Positions 41,417 to 51,978 of a stretch of 64,000 bases of DNA are shown piece by piece. The DNA comes from Nannocystis bainbridge (GTDB lineage: Bacteria; Myxococcota_A; Polyangia; Nannocystales; Nannocystaceae). The translations under genes and the position numbers were made by a program. Below the pieces are notes generated by a model, which saw only the letters and a program-made list of their open reading frames with translations, did not search any database and was not told where the DNA came from. Numbering within the stretch: the first letter of the stretch is position 1; every line of letters starts with the position of its first letter. The stretch is taken from positions 1,216,001-1,280,000 of the forward strand of contig NZ_JAQNDL010000001.1 in the NCBI RefSeq assembly GCF_028368995.1, in the 5' to 3' direction.

Positions 41417-43087
41417 ATGATCCGCGTTCGTGCTGTTCCCCTCTCCATGCTCCTCGCGTTCGGCGCCTGTGTCGATCACGCGCCGTCGTGGGCCGACTTC
41501 ATCGCCAACGACATGACCGCCGGGACAGGTACGAGCAGTGACGGGGGAGCAGCGGCGACGACCGGCCCCGCGAGCACGCTCGACGAGCCAACCCCGGCCA
41601 CCGGTGATCCCGAGGGCACGACCGACGCGGCAAGCTCGGGCGACGCCAGCAGCGCGGCCAGCGACGCCGGCAGCACGGCCGGCGGCGCCGAGCTCGTCCC
41701 GCCGCGGATCCTCGCGGTCGACGTGCCGACGAAAGTCCACCTCGCCGGGCCGGTACCGGTGACGGTGATGACCGAGGGCGCGAGCCTCGTGCGCGCCACG
41801 CTCGACGGCGCCGAGCTCGAGCTCTTCACCGACCAGGGCGGCGGCGTGTGGACCGGCGCGGCGCCATGCTTCGGGGCGGTCGACAACGGCGCGCACGTGC
41901 TCGAGGTGACCGCCACCCTCGGGCCGCTCTCGCACGCGTGGCCGCCGGTGATGTTCGAGGTCGCCGCGCCGGCGCCTGGCGATCTCGCGTGGGCCAGGCT
42001 CGGGCCGAGCGGCTCGACCTCGCGGCGCGTTGTCGTGACGCCCGAGGGCGACGCGATCGAGGTTGGCTCTCTGGTCGTCGACGGCGCGCCGCGCCCGTCG
42101 ATCCGGAAGCGGCGGGGCAAGGACGGCACGGAGGTCTGGGCCGAAGGTACGATCGTGCTCGACTCGCGCGAGGGCGCGGTCGATGCGGTCGCGCTGACGC
42201 CGGGCGGGCAGATCTGGGTGGCGATGAACGTCCGCCAGGCGGACAGCAAGTGGCGGCCGCGGATCGTCCTGCTCGACGCGGAGGGCCACGCGACGGGCGT
42301 CGAGATGCCGACCGATGCCGGGACGACGGTGCGGGGCATCGCCAGCGACGCCGCCGGCGGGTGCATCGCGGTCGGCTTCGGCAGCTCGGGCTACGGCGAC
42401 ACGGACATCAAGATCTGGCGCATGAACGCGGAGGGCGTGGCGGTCGTGAGCGCGAAGGGGTGGGACCACGCACCCAACGGCCAACTGAACCTGCACGGAT
42501 TCGACGACCTCGCGTTCGACGTGGTGATCAAGGACGGCGTCGCGTGGGTCGCCGGCGCGAGCAAGGGGAAGCACGACGAATGGTGGTTCGAGACTCGAGG
42601 AATCCTCGTGCCGCTGGACCTGGAGACCGGAGCGCGGCTCGACCCGGTGGTCGTGCAGGAGGCATATGGCGGCTGGCGGCAAGGCATGTACCTCGGCGCG
42701 GCCGCGCACCCGGACGGCGTGGTGGTCGTCGGCTACGGCGCGATGACGGACGAGGCCTCGCAGCGGATTGAGTTGGCGCTCTACGACGCGGGCGGCGCCC
42801 GGCTCTGGTGGTCGCCCGAGGCAGCCGTGGATGTCGCGTACGGGACGGGGGTCGCCGTGAGCGCGCACGGAGGGGTGATCGCCTCGGGCGTCGTGATGGA
42901 CGGAGGAACGCTCCGCGGCGTCGTGCTCGGGCGCAAGGGTCTGACGTACGAGCTCGAGTTCTCGTCGGGCCTGGACCCGTCGGCGGTCTACGGCGTTGCG
43001 CTCGATCCCTGGGACCAGGTGTTCGCGGTGGGCGAGCTGACGGCCGCGGGTGTGCGCTACGCCCGGGCGGCGTTCGTGCGCCAGTGA
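41417..43087 (+). CDS. lipoprotein with Ig-like and beta-propeller-like domains
   Basis: Lipobox AFGAC; T/G/S linker; repeated 'VAV..DG....VG' blades. Confidence 0.8.
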   Translation: MIRVRAVPLSMLLAFGACVDHAPSWADFIANDMTAGTGTSSDGGAAATTGPASTLDEPTPATGDPEGTTDAASSGDASSAASDAGSTAGGAELVPPRILAVDVPTKVHLAGPVPVTVMTEGASLVRATLDGAELELFTDQGGGVWTGAAPCFGAVDNGAHVLEVTATLGPLSHAWPPVMFEVAAPAPGDLAWARLGPSGSTSRRVVVTPEGDAIEVGSLVVDGAPRPSIRKRRGKDGTEVWAEGTIVLDSREGAVDAVALTPGGQIWVAMNVRQADSKWRPRIVLLDAEGHATGVEMPTDAGTTVRGIASDAAGGCIAVGFGSSGYGDTDIKIWRMNAEGVAVVSAKGWDHAPNGQLNLHGFDDLAFDVVIKDGVAWVAGASKGKHDEWWFETRGILVPLDLETGARLDPVVVQEAYGGWRQGMYLGAAAHPDGVVVVGYGAMTDEASQRIELALYDAGGARLWWSPEAAVDVAYGTGVAVSAHGGVIASGVVMDGGTLRGVVLGRKGLTYELEFSSGLDPSAVYGVALDPWDQVFAVGELTAAGVRYARAAFVRQ

Positions 43088-43094
43088 GCCCCGC

Positions 43095-44198
43095 TCACTG
43101 CGGGATGAAGGCGTCGCACGCCTCGTGCACGAGGTCGGCGGCCTCGCTGAAGAACCCGTCGTAGCTGTCGGCGCAGATGTTGCCTTCGTGGTGGTACTCG
43201 AAGGTCTTGATCACCTCGCGCACGTGGATCGGCCAGAGGCCGTCATCGTAGACGCAGCCTGGCACGGGCTCGCCCTCGAGTGGCTGCCCGATGATCGCCA
43301 GGCCGACGATCGCGTGCTCGTCGCCGCCCTTGGCGGCCACCACCGCTTCGTGGACTTTCTTCGCGCTCAGGACCGACTCGTAGTCCTCGTTGTCCATGAT
43401 GAAGACGAACACGAGCAGCGCGTCGTCGCGGAGAAACCCCTCGTTGCAGCCGCCCGGGCCGTTGAGCTCGTCGGACACCGCGGCGACGAGGGTGTCCGCG
43501 AGCGGCGGATCGTCGCCGAACGTGCCCACCTGGGCGATGCAGGCGAACGCGTCCGGGTCCGTCTCGCCCTCGACGATGTAGCGGTTCCCCCCGTAGAGCT
43601 CGCACACGTGGTTGGTGGCGTAGGGGCCGGCGTTGTAGAGCAGACCGGCGCCGCGGGTCCGGTCGCACTTGAACACGGTGTCCGCGTGCGAGCCGCAGAC
43701 GTAATCCATGGCGTTCGGGCCGCAGCTGCCCTTGTTCCCGCAGTACTCGGCCGACTCGCAGTTCAGGCCGCGCCACTTCTCGTCCGTGTTCACGCTGATG
43801 ATGTGCCGGTCGAAGCCGGCAAACTTCGTCTCCAACACATCGAGGAAGCCGGGGAAGCTCGCCACCAGTTGATCCTGCTCCTCGTCCATCGTGAAGAGCG
43901 CCGAGATCACGAACACGAAGTCGATCTTGCCCTTGCACCCCTCGGGCTGCGGGTCGCCGAGGTCGGGCGCGGGGTCCATGTCGAAGGTCGAGACGCCGGC
44001 GGTGCTGGCGGCGGCGCTGTCCTCGGCGCCGCCGGACGTCGAGGTCGAAGACGAGCCCGCGGAGCTGGTGGACGAGGTTGAGGTCGACGTGCCCGGCGTC
44101 GTCACGGACGTCACGCCGGGTCCCGTCGAGAACCCCGGCGACGTGTTGGTGCCGCAGGCGAGTGTGGCAGCGGCGACGGAGAGCGCGAGGCGGCGCAT
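43095..44198 (-). CDS. lipoprotein with a vWA-like domain
   Basis: Lipobox TLAC; T/S linker; GCKGKIDFVFVIS...GFLRDDALLVFVFIMDNED. Confidence 0.8.
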   Translation of the reverse strand: MRRLALSVAAATLACGTNTSPGFSTGPGVTSVTTPGTSTSTSSTSSAGSSSTSTSGGAEDSAAASTAGVSTFDMDPAPDLGDPQPEGCKGKIDFVFVISALFTMDEEQDQLVASFPGFLDVLETKFAGFDRHIISVNTDEKWRGLNCESAEYCGNKGSCGPNAMDYVCGSHADTVFKCDRTRGAGLLYNAGPYATNHVCELYGGNRYIVEGETDPDAFACIAQVGTFGDDPPLADTLVAAVSDELNGPGGCNEGFLRDDALLVFVFIMDNEDYESVLSAKKVHEAVVAAKGGDEHAIVGLAIIGQPLEGEPVPGCVYDDGLWPIHVREVIKTFEYHHEGNICADSYDGFFSEAADLVHEACDAFIPQ

Positions 44199-44632
44199 GC
44201 GACAAGGATACTCCGGGCGCCCCGCGCTGTCCCGCACTTCGGCGCCGAACGCCTGTCCTGCGTGCTCATTCCAGACCCAGGTCGGGCCACCGGCACCTGG
44301 TCCTGCCGCGCGTACCCGTCGCGTCCTCCAGCTCTCCAAGAGCATATTCCGTTGCGCATACGCGAACCGGAGCACTCGCTTCCTCGCTTTCGTCGCCAGT
44401 GACGGACACGAGATGCGTTCACCCGTGGCTGCCAGATTTGCGAGGCGAGCTCGTGAACTGTCACAACTGGACGTGCTGCCGAGCGTGCCAACGCCGAAGA
44501 ACCCGCCCGCCTGTTCGGACCGCGGCCCCCGCCTATGGGCCCGCCATGGGCTACCCGCACCGCGCTCTGCCGCTGCGTCTTTTCGTAGCCGGGCGCGCCG
44601 CCAGCGACCGGGTGGCCAAGACATAGACGGAC

Positions 44633-45229
44633 ATGCTTCAGCTCCCTCTCATCCTTTCAAACTTCCTCGCCGCCACCGACGCCGCTCTGGCCCACGCAGC
44701 CGGAGCCCAGCGGTTGCTGGCGCAGTCTCTCGCACCTGTCTCGGACGTTTGCGACGCAACGACCGGCGTTCGACGGGTCCGCTCCGCGACTCGCTACCGG
44801 GGACGGGCGGCGGTTCAGCTCGAGCTCCGAACCACCAAGCAAGGCGCTGGCCAGCTTACCGAGTACGTCGCCGACGGCGTCTTGCTCTTCACGGGCTCGG
44901 ACGACGGCCCCCAGGCGACGCCGGCGGGCATTGAGCTGCTTGCCGACACGTCGCCCCGCGCGGTCGAAATGCTCGCGGCCTTCGCCGTGCTTCAGGTCCG
45001 GGTGTTCGAGGCGGACGTAGGGGCGCCCGCCGACGCCTGCGGAGCGACGCGCGGCAAGCCGGAGGAACAAGCGAAATGCGCGTTCATCGGCGTGCTCGGG
45101 TGCATCCCGCCCGCGGCGGCGTTCACGTGCGCCGTCTCGGCGGCCCTCGCCGTCGGGTGCGGCTGGCTGGTCGAGAAGGCATGCGAGAGCGAGCCCGAGA
45201 CCTGCGAGCCGGGTTGGACGGAGGGGTGA
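44633..45229 (+). CDS. hypothetical protein with a Cys-rich hydrophobic C-terminal domain (bacteriocin-like)
   Basis: 7 Cys in the last ~65 aa spaced through a hydrophobic Gly/Ala segment. Confidence 0.65.
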   Translation: MLQLPLILSNFLAATDAALAHAAGAQRLLAQSLAPVSDVCDATTGVRRVRSATRYRGRAAVQLELRTTKQGAGQLTEYVADGVLLFTGSDDGPQATPAGIELLADTSPRAVEMLAAFAVLQVRVFEADVGAPADACGATRGKPEEQAKCAFIGVLGCIPPAAAFTCAVSAALAVGCGWLVEKACESEPETCEPGWTEG

Positions 45230-45606
45230 CCGTGGGCGTGCTAGTTCCCGCGAGTTTCCCGAGCCAGCGCGACGCGCAGCGCCGTTTGATGACGCATCCA
45301 CAGCGTCTCGGGTTCCTGCCCACCTGGTGGTTCTGGCGCGCGCTCAAATGGGACTGGCCGCTGTTTTGCTCGTTCCTCGGTGCGGCGATTGGCGCATTCT
45401 CCGTCGCCCTCGGCTGGATCGTGCTCTACGCCGGCTTCGAGCTGCCAGCCGCGTTCATCGCCGCGTTGCTCGGGCCCGTTCTCGGGTTCGGTGTCGTCGA
45501 GCGGGGCCTGCGTGCCCTCGTCGTCCGCCGGCGCCGTGCGCTGGCAACAGGGCGGGCCGAGCTTCCGCCTGAACCGAGCGGCAACCGTTCGCCAATTGAC
45601 CCCTAG
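45226..45606 (+). CDS. small 2-TM membrane protein (possible immunity partner)
   Basis: GTGA overlap with the upstream gene; two hydrophobic helices followed by RRRR. Confidence 0.65.
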   Translation: MTVGVLVPASFPSQRDAQRRLMTHPQRLGFLPTWWFWRALKWDWPLFCSFLGAAIGAFSVALGWIVLYAGFELPAAFIAALLGPVLGFGVVERGLRALVVRRRRALATGRAELPPEPSGNRSPIDP

Positions 45607-46093
45607 CGCGCTGGGATCGCCGACGTTCGCGCTGTACCCCTCTCCATGCTCCTCGCGTTCGAGCCGTTCGACGACCTGGCCGAACGGACCCGCCCACGGC
45701 GAAACCACGAGCAGGCGACAGATAGACGAACTCGATGCCGCATTGTGGCGCGCGCTTTCGGCCGCCTTGCCGGCCAGCGAGCGGTGCGACGCCCGCCTTG
45801 GCCCGACTGACGGTCACCATGTCGCGTGATATGGTTGGGGCATACAGATTCCTGATGCTCTCGCAGGAGAGTGCCAGGGATCGGAGGGGCCATTAGGAGC
45901 GGGGCTGCCCGCAGGGGCGCTGAAAGCGCCAACAATGGGCGCCCGACAAGGCCGCGTGACATAGCGAGCTTGCCGCGTTGCCGAGCGGGATTGCCCGCCA
46001 AGACCAACGAGAGCCCCTGGCGGAATTCTCGACGGGCCCGAGCGTCACCTGACCGATCCAGGCTCGGGAAAGCTATACTCAAGCGTTGCAGCG

Positions 46094-46315
46094 ATGTTCT
46101 CACTAATCAACCCGACGCGCCTGCACACGCAGCCGCAACTCCTGCTCGACGCTCACGGTGAGGAGCGCTTGTTGCTGGTTGTGAAGGGGAGCTTCGAGTT
46201 CGCCGGCGAGGTTCTTCGCCCCACCGAAGCAATGATCGTGCTTGCCGACCAGTACCACGGCGACCCGTCGTACACGAGCCTACTCGACCTGGCGGAGCGA
46301 CTCGCCGGAGTATGA
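46094..46315 (+). pseudogene. DUF2169 (T6SS adaptor) N-terminal fragment
   Basis: LDAHGEERLLLVVKGSF...LADQYHGDP..TSL; truncated next to IS66 debris. Confidence 0.7.
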
Positions 46316-46369
46316 GCTGCAACAGTGACTCGAGAGGCTGCGGCGCCATCGGACCCTGGATGGTGATAG

Positions 46370-46885
46370 TCTCGGTGCCCGCCGAGGGCTTTGGCGAGCG
46401 GCGTACCGTCGAGGGCGAGCGCGGCCTGCTGGTCGCACCAGAGGAAGAATGCGTCGACGATCGGTCTCGACTTCGCCTGGCGGACCGACTCTCGCTTCTT
46501 GCGGGGCGCCGTCGCCAGCGCGCGCTCGATCTTGAAGAGCGCCTTGACTCCGGCGCGAGGTCATCGGCCGCAAGAACTGGCTGTTCCTCGGCAGCGAGGA
46601 GGGCGCCCGCGCCAACACACTCTTCGTGTCGCTCCTGGCGAGCTGCCAGCTCCACCGGATCGAGCCCTGGGCATACCTCCGCGACCTGCTGTGCCTGCTC
46701 CCGTCGTGGCCCCGGCGCCGCGTCCTCGAGCTCGCACCGGCCTTCTGGGAGGAGACTCTGAAACAGGAGGACGCTCAGCAGCGCCTCGCCACCAACGTCT
46801 TCCGCGGCGTGTCCCTCGGGAAGCATACGAGCGAGGTGTAGCCGAACGGCGACTCAGCCGGGAACGTAGCTCGCCGGACGCATAC
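46370..46885. mobile_element. rearranged IS66-family remnant
   Basis: Minus strand ALFKIERA...SRPIVDAFFLWC...TPLAKAL abuts plus strand GRKNWLFLGS...SLLASCQLHRIEPWAYLRD; end ...GGACGCATAC (GTAT-type IR). Confidence 0.8.
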
Positions 46886-47306
46886 GACTGAATTGACTGG
46901 CTCTTCCCGGCGACGAGCTCGCGTTGGCGACTGACGCGGATGTCATGCGTGACGCGGCGATGCCGACGCGTACCAGCACGGCGGCGACCACGGCGGCGAC
47001 CACGAGCCGGCGATCGACGGCGCGCCGCTGCACCCTCGCTCGACGGCGTAGCTGATGCGGACTTGCAGCCAAGAGCACGGGAGCTGGGAAAGGCGAGCAG
47101 GCTTTCAGCTCGCTGTTCGACCTCCTCGACGTGGTCGGCAACCTCAAGGCCAGCAACGAGACCGTCATCGCTGGCGCAGGTCGACGACCTGTGGACCCCT
47201 GACTAGATTCTCAAGGCGCTCGGGCGCGGCGCCTTCAAGCCCACGCCCAGCGAACGTCAGGACGGGTGAGGCCATAGCTCGGGGGTGAAGTGTGGGCCTG
47301 TTGAGG

Positions 47307-47410
47307 CTACCAAGAGATGCGCAGCTTGATGATCCTGCGCTCCAGCGAGTGCCTGGTGATTTCCAGAAGACCCGCCGCCGCGACGATCGAGCCGCCTCCC
47401 TGGAGCGCAC
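47307..47410 (-). pseudogene. Fis-type HTH fragment (sigma54 activator C-terminus)
   Basis: ALQGGGSIVAAAGLLEITRHSLERRIIKLRI. Confidence 0.55.
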
Positions 47411-47720
47411 TCTCGCACAGGAGCCGAAGCCGACCAGGCGGCGCTCCAGGCCGCGATCGGCAAGCTCCCGCAGGATGACAAGGCGACGCGGGACCTCGCG
47501 CGCCTCGCGGTCGCGTGGGTCGATCGCAACCCGACACCACTGCCTCCGTCACCGCCCGGCTATCGTCGGTGAGTGGGCGCGCCTGGAGCGGCGGTAGCGC
47601 GCCAACGCCCACGGCACACGCCTGGGCCCGGGTCATCACGTTCAGCCCTCGCGCGCCCTCGCCCCCTGCGCTCGTACCCGGCAGTGGACGCCGCTCGCGC
47701 TTCGGGCGGATGATACGTCC

Positions 47721-48884
47721 ATGAGCGCCCCGCGGGATGTCATGCGTCGGTGGACAACTTTACCCCTGACCGCCGCGCTGATCGGGGCCGCCTGCACCGC
47801 CTCCTCGGACCCATCCGGGGCCCCGCACCCCGCCGCCGCGCCGGTCGAAAGCTCGCCTGCGGCCGTCGCCGCCGCGGATGCGCCGGCCGCCCCTGTGACC
47901 CCGGACCCGCCCGCGAACCTCACGGCCCCCGCGACGACGGCCCCCGCGACCCCGGACCCGCCCGCGAACCTCACGGCGCCCGCGATGACGGCCCCCGCGA
48001 CCCCGGACCCGCTCGCTCCGCCGGCGAACGTCGCCACCCCGGACCCGCCGCCCGCGACCCCGCTCGTGCCGCTCGCGGTGTACGCCGCCGCGCTCGACCC
48101 CGAGACTCGCGCCTGGGCGGTCGACATCATCAACTTCGAGGCGATCGACACCGGCCCGCTCGACCGGCGACTGGCGGCGCTGGGCGACAGGGAGGACTCG
48201 CCCTTCATCGATCGCTTCGCGCCCGGCGACGCCGGCCTGCCCGTCGGCTTCGCGCACGGCGATCCCTGGACGCTGGTGACCCTCGCGGGCGCCGAACAGC
48301 GGATCGCCGCGGGCTTCGGCGCCAGCGTCCCGGGAGGCTCGGCCGCGCTGCACTTCAAGGTCGATCTCGGGCCGGCGCAGCCGGGCGCGAAGGGCTGGGC
48401 GATCGCCCTCCGCGGCCACGCGGCCACGACCGCGAAGCTGGTCGCGCCCAAGCCGCTCGCCCCGGCCGCGCTCGCGCCCGGCGCCCTCGGTCGCATCGTG
48501 GAGGCGCTCGTGCCCAAGCTCGACGAGGACCTGCGCCCGCACGTGCGCAAGACGACGATCGCCGAGAAGCACGTCAAGCTGTTCCCCGGCCGCTTCCCGG
48601 GCGGACGCTCGCACGTCGCGTTCGTCCACGCGATGGCGAAGAGCGACGAGGATGACTTCGAAGTCTCGGGCGTGCTCTTCACCAGAACCGACGGCGCCGT
48701 CGAGTTCTTCGCCGTCGCCGACGTCCTCGGCGCCGCCACCTTCTTCGCCCTCGTCGACATCGACGGCGACGGCCTCGACGAGGTGCTCTACGAGGACCAA
48801 TACCACGAGGGCTGGTACCTCCAGATGATCCACTGGAACGGCGGCAAACCCGAGAGCCGCACGCTGATGGGCGACGGGGTGTGA
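47721..48884 (+). CDS. lipoprotein with a Pro-rich repeat linker
   Basis: Lipobox IGAAC; TPDPPANLTAPA repeats; C-terminal DIDGDGLDE. Confidence 0.8.
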   Translation: MSAPRDVMRRWTTLPLTAALIGAACTASSDPSGAPHPAAAPVESSPAAVAAADAPAAPVTPDPPANLTAPATTAPATPDPPANLTAPAMTAPATPDPLAPPANVATPDPPPATPLVPLAVYAAALDPETRAWAVDIINFEAIDTGPLDRRLAALGDREDSPFIDRFAPGDAGLPVGFAHGDPWTLVTLAGAEQRIAAGFGASVPGGSAALHFKVDLGPAQPGAKGWAIALRGHAATTAKLVAPKPLAPAALAPGALGRIVEALVPKLDEDLRPHVRKTTIAEKHVKLFPGRFPGGRSHVAFVHAMAKSDEDDFEVSGVLFTRTDGAVEFFAVADVLGAATFFALVDIDGDGLDEVLYEDQYHEGWYLQMIHWNGGKPESRTLMGDGV

Positions 48885-49080
48885 CAATGCGGGAGCGCCG
48901 GAGAGATGTTCGTCCGGAGCGCCTGCCGCAGAACGATGCGGGTCAGGTGGGCTTCGTTGCTGTGCTCGGCCACCACTCGCGGGTTCCCCGACCTCGGCTT
49001 GCGGCTCTTCGATCGCCGGGGCAGGAGCCAGACCGGGTGCTGTTCAAACTCGACCAGATCACTACGTCGCGGTCGGAGCA

Positions 49081-51978
49081 CTAGTGTGAATGGCCGAGCG
49101 GGGCGTCGAGGACCTGCTCGAGGTCTTGCAGGTTGACGGGCTTGACCAGGTGGTTGTCGCAGCCGGCCGCGCGCGAGCGCTCGCGGTCGGCGTCCTGGCC
49201 CCAGCCGGTCAGGGCGATGATGGTCATGGCGCGGCCCCACGGGGTCTCGCGGATCCGCCGGGTGGCGTCTAGGCCGTTGAGCCGGGGCATGCCGACGTCC
49301 ATGAGGATCACCTGGGGTCGGAACTTGTCGGCGGCCTCGATGGCCTCGTAGCCGTCGTGGGCGGTGTGGACCTCGTGGCCGAGCATCTCGAGCATCATGG
49401 CCATGGCGTCGGCGCCGTCGCGGTTGTCGTCGACGACGAGCACGCGGCGGCCCGGGCCGGGCGGGAGGTCGTGCGGATCGTCGGAGCTGTCGGTGCGGGC
49501 GCGGTCGACCAGCGCCGGCAGCCGGACGGTGAAGGTGCTGCCACGACCCTCGCCCGCGCTCGCGGCGGTGACGCTGCCGCCGTGCATCTCGACCAGACCC
49601 TTGACGAGCGCGAGGCCGACGCCGAGGCCGCCGGCGCTGCGCTCGACGCTGCGGTCGACCTGGCTGAACATGTCGAAGATCGAGGACAGCGAGCCGGCGG
49701 GGATGCCGATGCCGTCGTCGCGCACGGTGACGACGACCTCGTCGCCGCTGCGCTCGGCGGTGAGCTGGATGTGACCGCCGGGACCGGTGTACTTGGCGCT
49801 GTTGGTGAGCAGGTTGCTGAACACCTGAGCGAGGCGGGTGAGGTCGGCGTCGAGGAAGACGGGGCCCGCGGGCAACGAGACCTGCAGCTCGTGGCCGGCG
49901 GCCTCGATCTGCGGGCGCGCGGTCTCGACGGCGCTGCCGACGACGTCGGCCAGGAGGATCCGCTCGCGCCGGAGGTCGAGCTTGTTGCGGCTGATCCGGC
50001 TGACGTCCATGAGGTCGTCGATGAGGCGGACCATGTGTGACAGCTGCCGGTCCATCATGGCGCGCGCGCGGGCGGCGACGTCGAGGTTGTCGCCGGCGAG
50101 GTGCATGACCTGGAGGCCGGTGCGGATCGGCGCCAGCGGGTTGCGCAGCTCGTGGGCGAGGAGGGCGATGAAGTCGTCCTTCTTGCGGTCGGCGTCGCGG
50201 AGCTGCTCGACGAGGCGCTCGCGCTCGCGCTCGGCCTGGATGCGGGCGGTGATGTCGGTGAAGAGGATGGCGACGTGCTCGCCGAGCTTGAAGGCGTAGA
50301 CGTCGTACCAGCGCGGGCCGAGCGCGCTGGCCAGGTTGACGAACCGGGCGGGCTGGCCGGTGCGGGCGACCTCGCCGTAGGCCTCGGCCCAGTGACGGTC
50401 GTGGCCGGGCGCCAACTCGAGGATGGTCTTGCCGACGGCGTCGTGGAGGCCGGTGTGCTTCTCGAACGCGGGGTTGACCTCGAGGAAGCGGTAGTCGACG
50501 CCGCGGTCGCCGTCGAACACCACGTCGACGATGCAGAAGCCCTCGTCGAGCGAGGAGAACAGGGTCCGGTAGCGCTCCTCGCTGTCCTTCAAGGCATCGA
50601 GCGCCCGCGCGTGCTCGGTGACGTCGATGGCGATGCCGTCCCAGGCGGTGCCGCCGCCGCGGAGGGGCCGCGGTGCCGAGTGACAGCGGATGTATCGGAT
50701 CTGGTCGCGGCCGTGGATCCGGAACTGCCAGTCGAAGTGGGTGCGGGCCCGAAACGCGGTCCCCTCGATCGCCAGCATCTGCTCGCGGTCCTCGTCGACG
50801 ATCACGCCGTAGAGGCCCGCGGGGTTGGCGACGATCTCGGCGGGGGTCATGCCGCAGATGGCCTCGACGCCGCGGCTGACGTAGGCGAATCGGCGCGAGC
50901 CGTCGACGCCCTCGATGACCTGGTAGATGAAGCCCGAGGGCAGGTTGTCGGCGAGGGTCCGCTGGCGCTCCTCGCTCTCGCGCAAGGCGATCTCGGCGCA
51001 GCGACGCGTGGTGATGTCGTAGTTGGCGCCGACGTAGCGGAGGGGCGCCTCGCCGGCGCGCAGGACGTCGCCCCGGGCGGCGATCCAGCGATAGGTGCCG
51101 TCGGCGTGGCGCACGCGGAACTCGGAGTGCGTGGGGCTGTGGGTGCGCACGGCCTCGCGCGTGGTGTGAAGGGCGGTGACGAGGTCGTCGGGGTGGATGC
51201 GGTCGAACCACCCGGTCTCGTCGGGCGCGGGCTCGTCGGGACCGAGGCCGAGCAGCTCGCGGATGGTCTCGGACCAGGTGACCGCACCGGTCTCGATGTT
51301 CCACTCCCACGAGCTCACGCCCGCGGCCTGCAAGGCGAGCGAGAGCCGCTCGGACTCGTCGCGCACGGCGGCCTCGGCGACGCGGGTGTCGGCGAGCTCC
51401 TGCAGGGTGCGCCGGTGCTGCAATGCGCGCTCGATGGCGGGCGCGGACTGGTCGACGCAGCGACCCAGGAGCCGCGCGACGCGCTCGGACAGGCGGCGCG
51501 GCTGGTGGAAGTAGAGCGTGAGGACGCCGAGCAGGCGCCCGCCGCGAGCGAGCAGCGGGACGGCGTGGAGGGCCCGGAAGCGGTCCTGGGCGGCCTCGTG
51601 GGCCTCGTGGGCGAGCGGGTCGAGGTCGGTGTCGGCGACGACGACGGCGGCCCGGCGCTGCAGGCACAGCTGGGCGGCGCCGCCGAGACGCGCGAGCAGC
51701 TCGTCGGTGACGCCGAGGCTGGCGCCGGGTTCGAACGCGCCGTCGTCGGCGCGCAGAGTGATCGCCCCCATGGTGGTGTGGCCGATCGCGGCGGCGGCGG
51801 CGAGAGTGTGATCGAGGACCGCGGCGAGCTCGAGGCTGCCGGCCAGGCGGACGCTCAGGTCGAGCAACAGTTCGAGCTCGCCGAGCTCGTCGACGTGGCG
51901 CACGTGCGGTCGACCTTCGTCGCCGACGCGCTCGCTGGCGTCGGCGGTGGCGGGACCGGTGAGCTCGTCGGAGCGCAT
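49081..51978 (-). CDS. hybrid sensor histidine kinase (GAF-PAS-PAS-PAS-HisKA-HATPase-REC)
   Basis: LAHELRNPLAPI, NLLTNSAKYT, GGLGVGL, VLVVDDN, MDVGMP, HLVKP. Confidence 0.95.
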   Translation of the reverse strand: MRSDELTGPATADASERVGDEGRPHVRHVDELGELELLLDLSVRLAGSLELAAVLDHTLAAAAAIGHTTMGAITLRADDGAFEPGASLGVTDELLARLGGAAQLCLQRRAAVVVADTDLDPLAHEAHEAAQDRFRALHAVPLLARGGRLLGVLTLYFHQPRRLSERVARLLGRCVDQSAPAIERALQHRRTLQELADTRVAEAAVRDESERLSLALQAAGVSSWEWNIETGAVTWSETIRELLGLGPDEPAPDETGWFDRIHPDDLVTALHTTREAVRTHSPTHSEFRVRHADGTYRWIAARGDVLRAGEAPLRYVGANYDITTRRCAEIALRESEERQRTLADNLPSGFIYQVIEGVDGSRRFAYVSRGVEAICGMTPAEIVANPAGLYGVIVDEDREQMLAIEGTAFRARTHFDWQFRIHGRDQIRYIRCHSAPRPLRGGGTAWDGIAIDVTEHARALDALKDSEERYRTLFSSLDEGFCIVDVVFDGDRGVDYRFLEVNPAFEKHTGLHDAVGKTILELAPGHDRHWAEAYGEVARTGQPARFVNLASALGPRWYDVYAFKLGEHVAILFTDITARIQAERERERLVEQLRDADRKKDDFIALLAHELRNPLAPIRTGLQVMHLAGDNLDVAARARAMMDRQLSHMVRLIDDLMDVSRISRNKLDLRRERILLADVVGSAVETARPQIEAAGHELQVSLPAGPVFLDADLTRLAQVFSNLLTNSAKYTGPGGHIQLTAERSGDEVVVTVRDDGIGIPAGSLSSIFDMFSQVDRSVERSAGGLGVGLALVKGLVEMHGGSVTAASAGEGRGSTFTVRLPALVDRARTDSSDDPHDLPPGPGRRVLVVDDNRDGADAMAMMLEMLGHEVHTAHDGYEAIEAADKFRPQVILMDVGMPRLNGLDATRRIRETPWGRAMTIIALTGWGQDADRERSRAAGCDNHLVKPVNLQDLEQVLDAPLGHSH

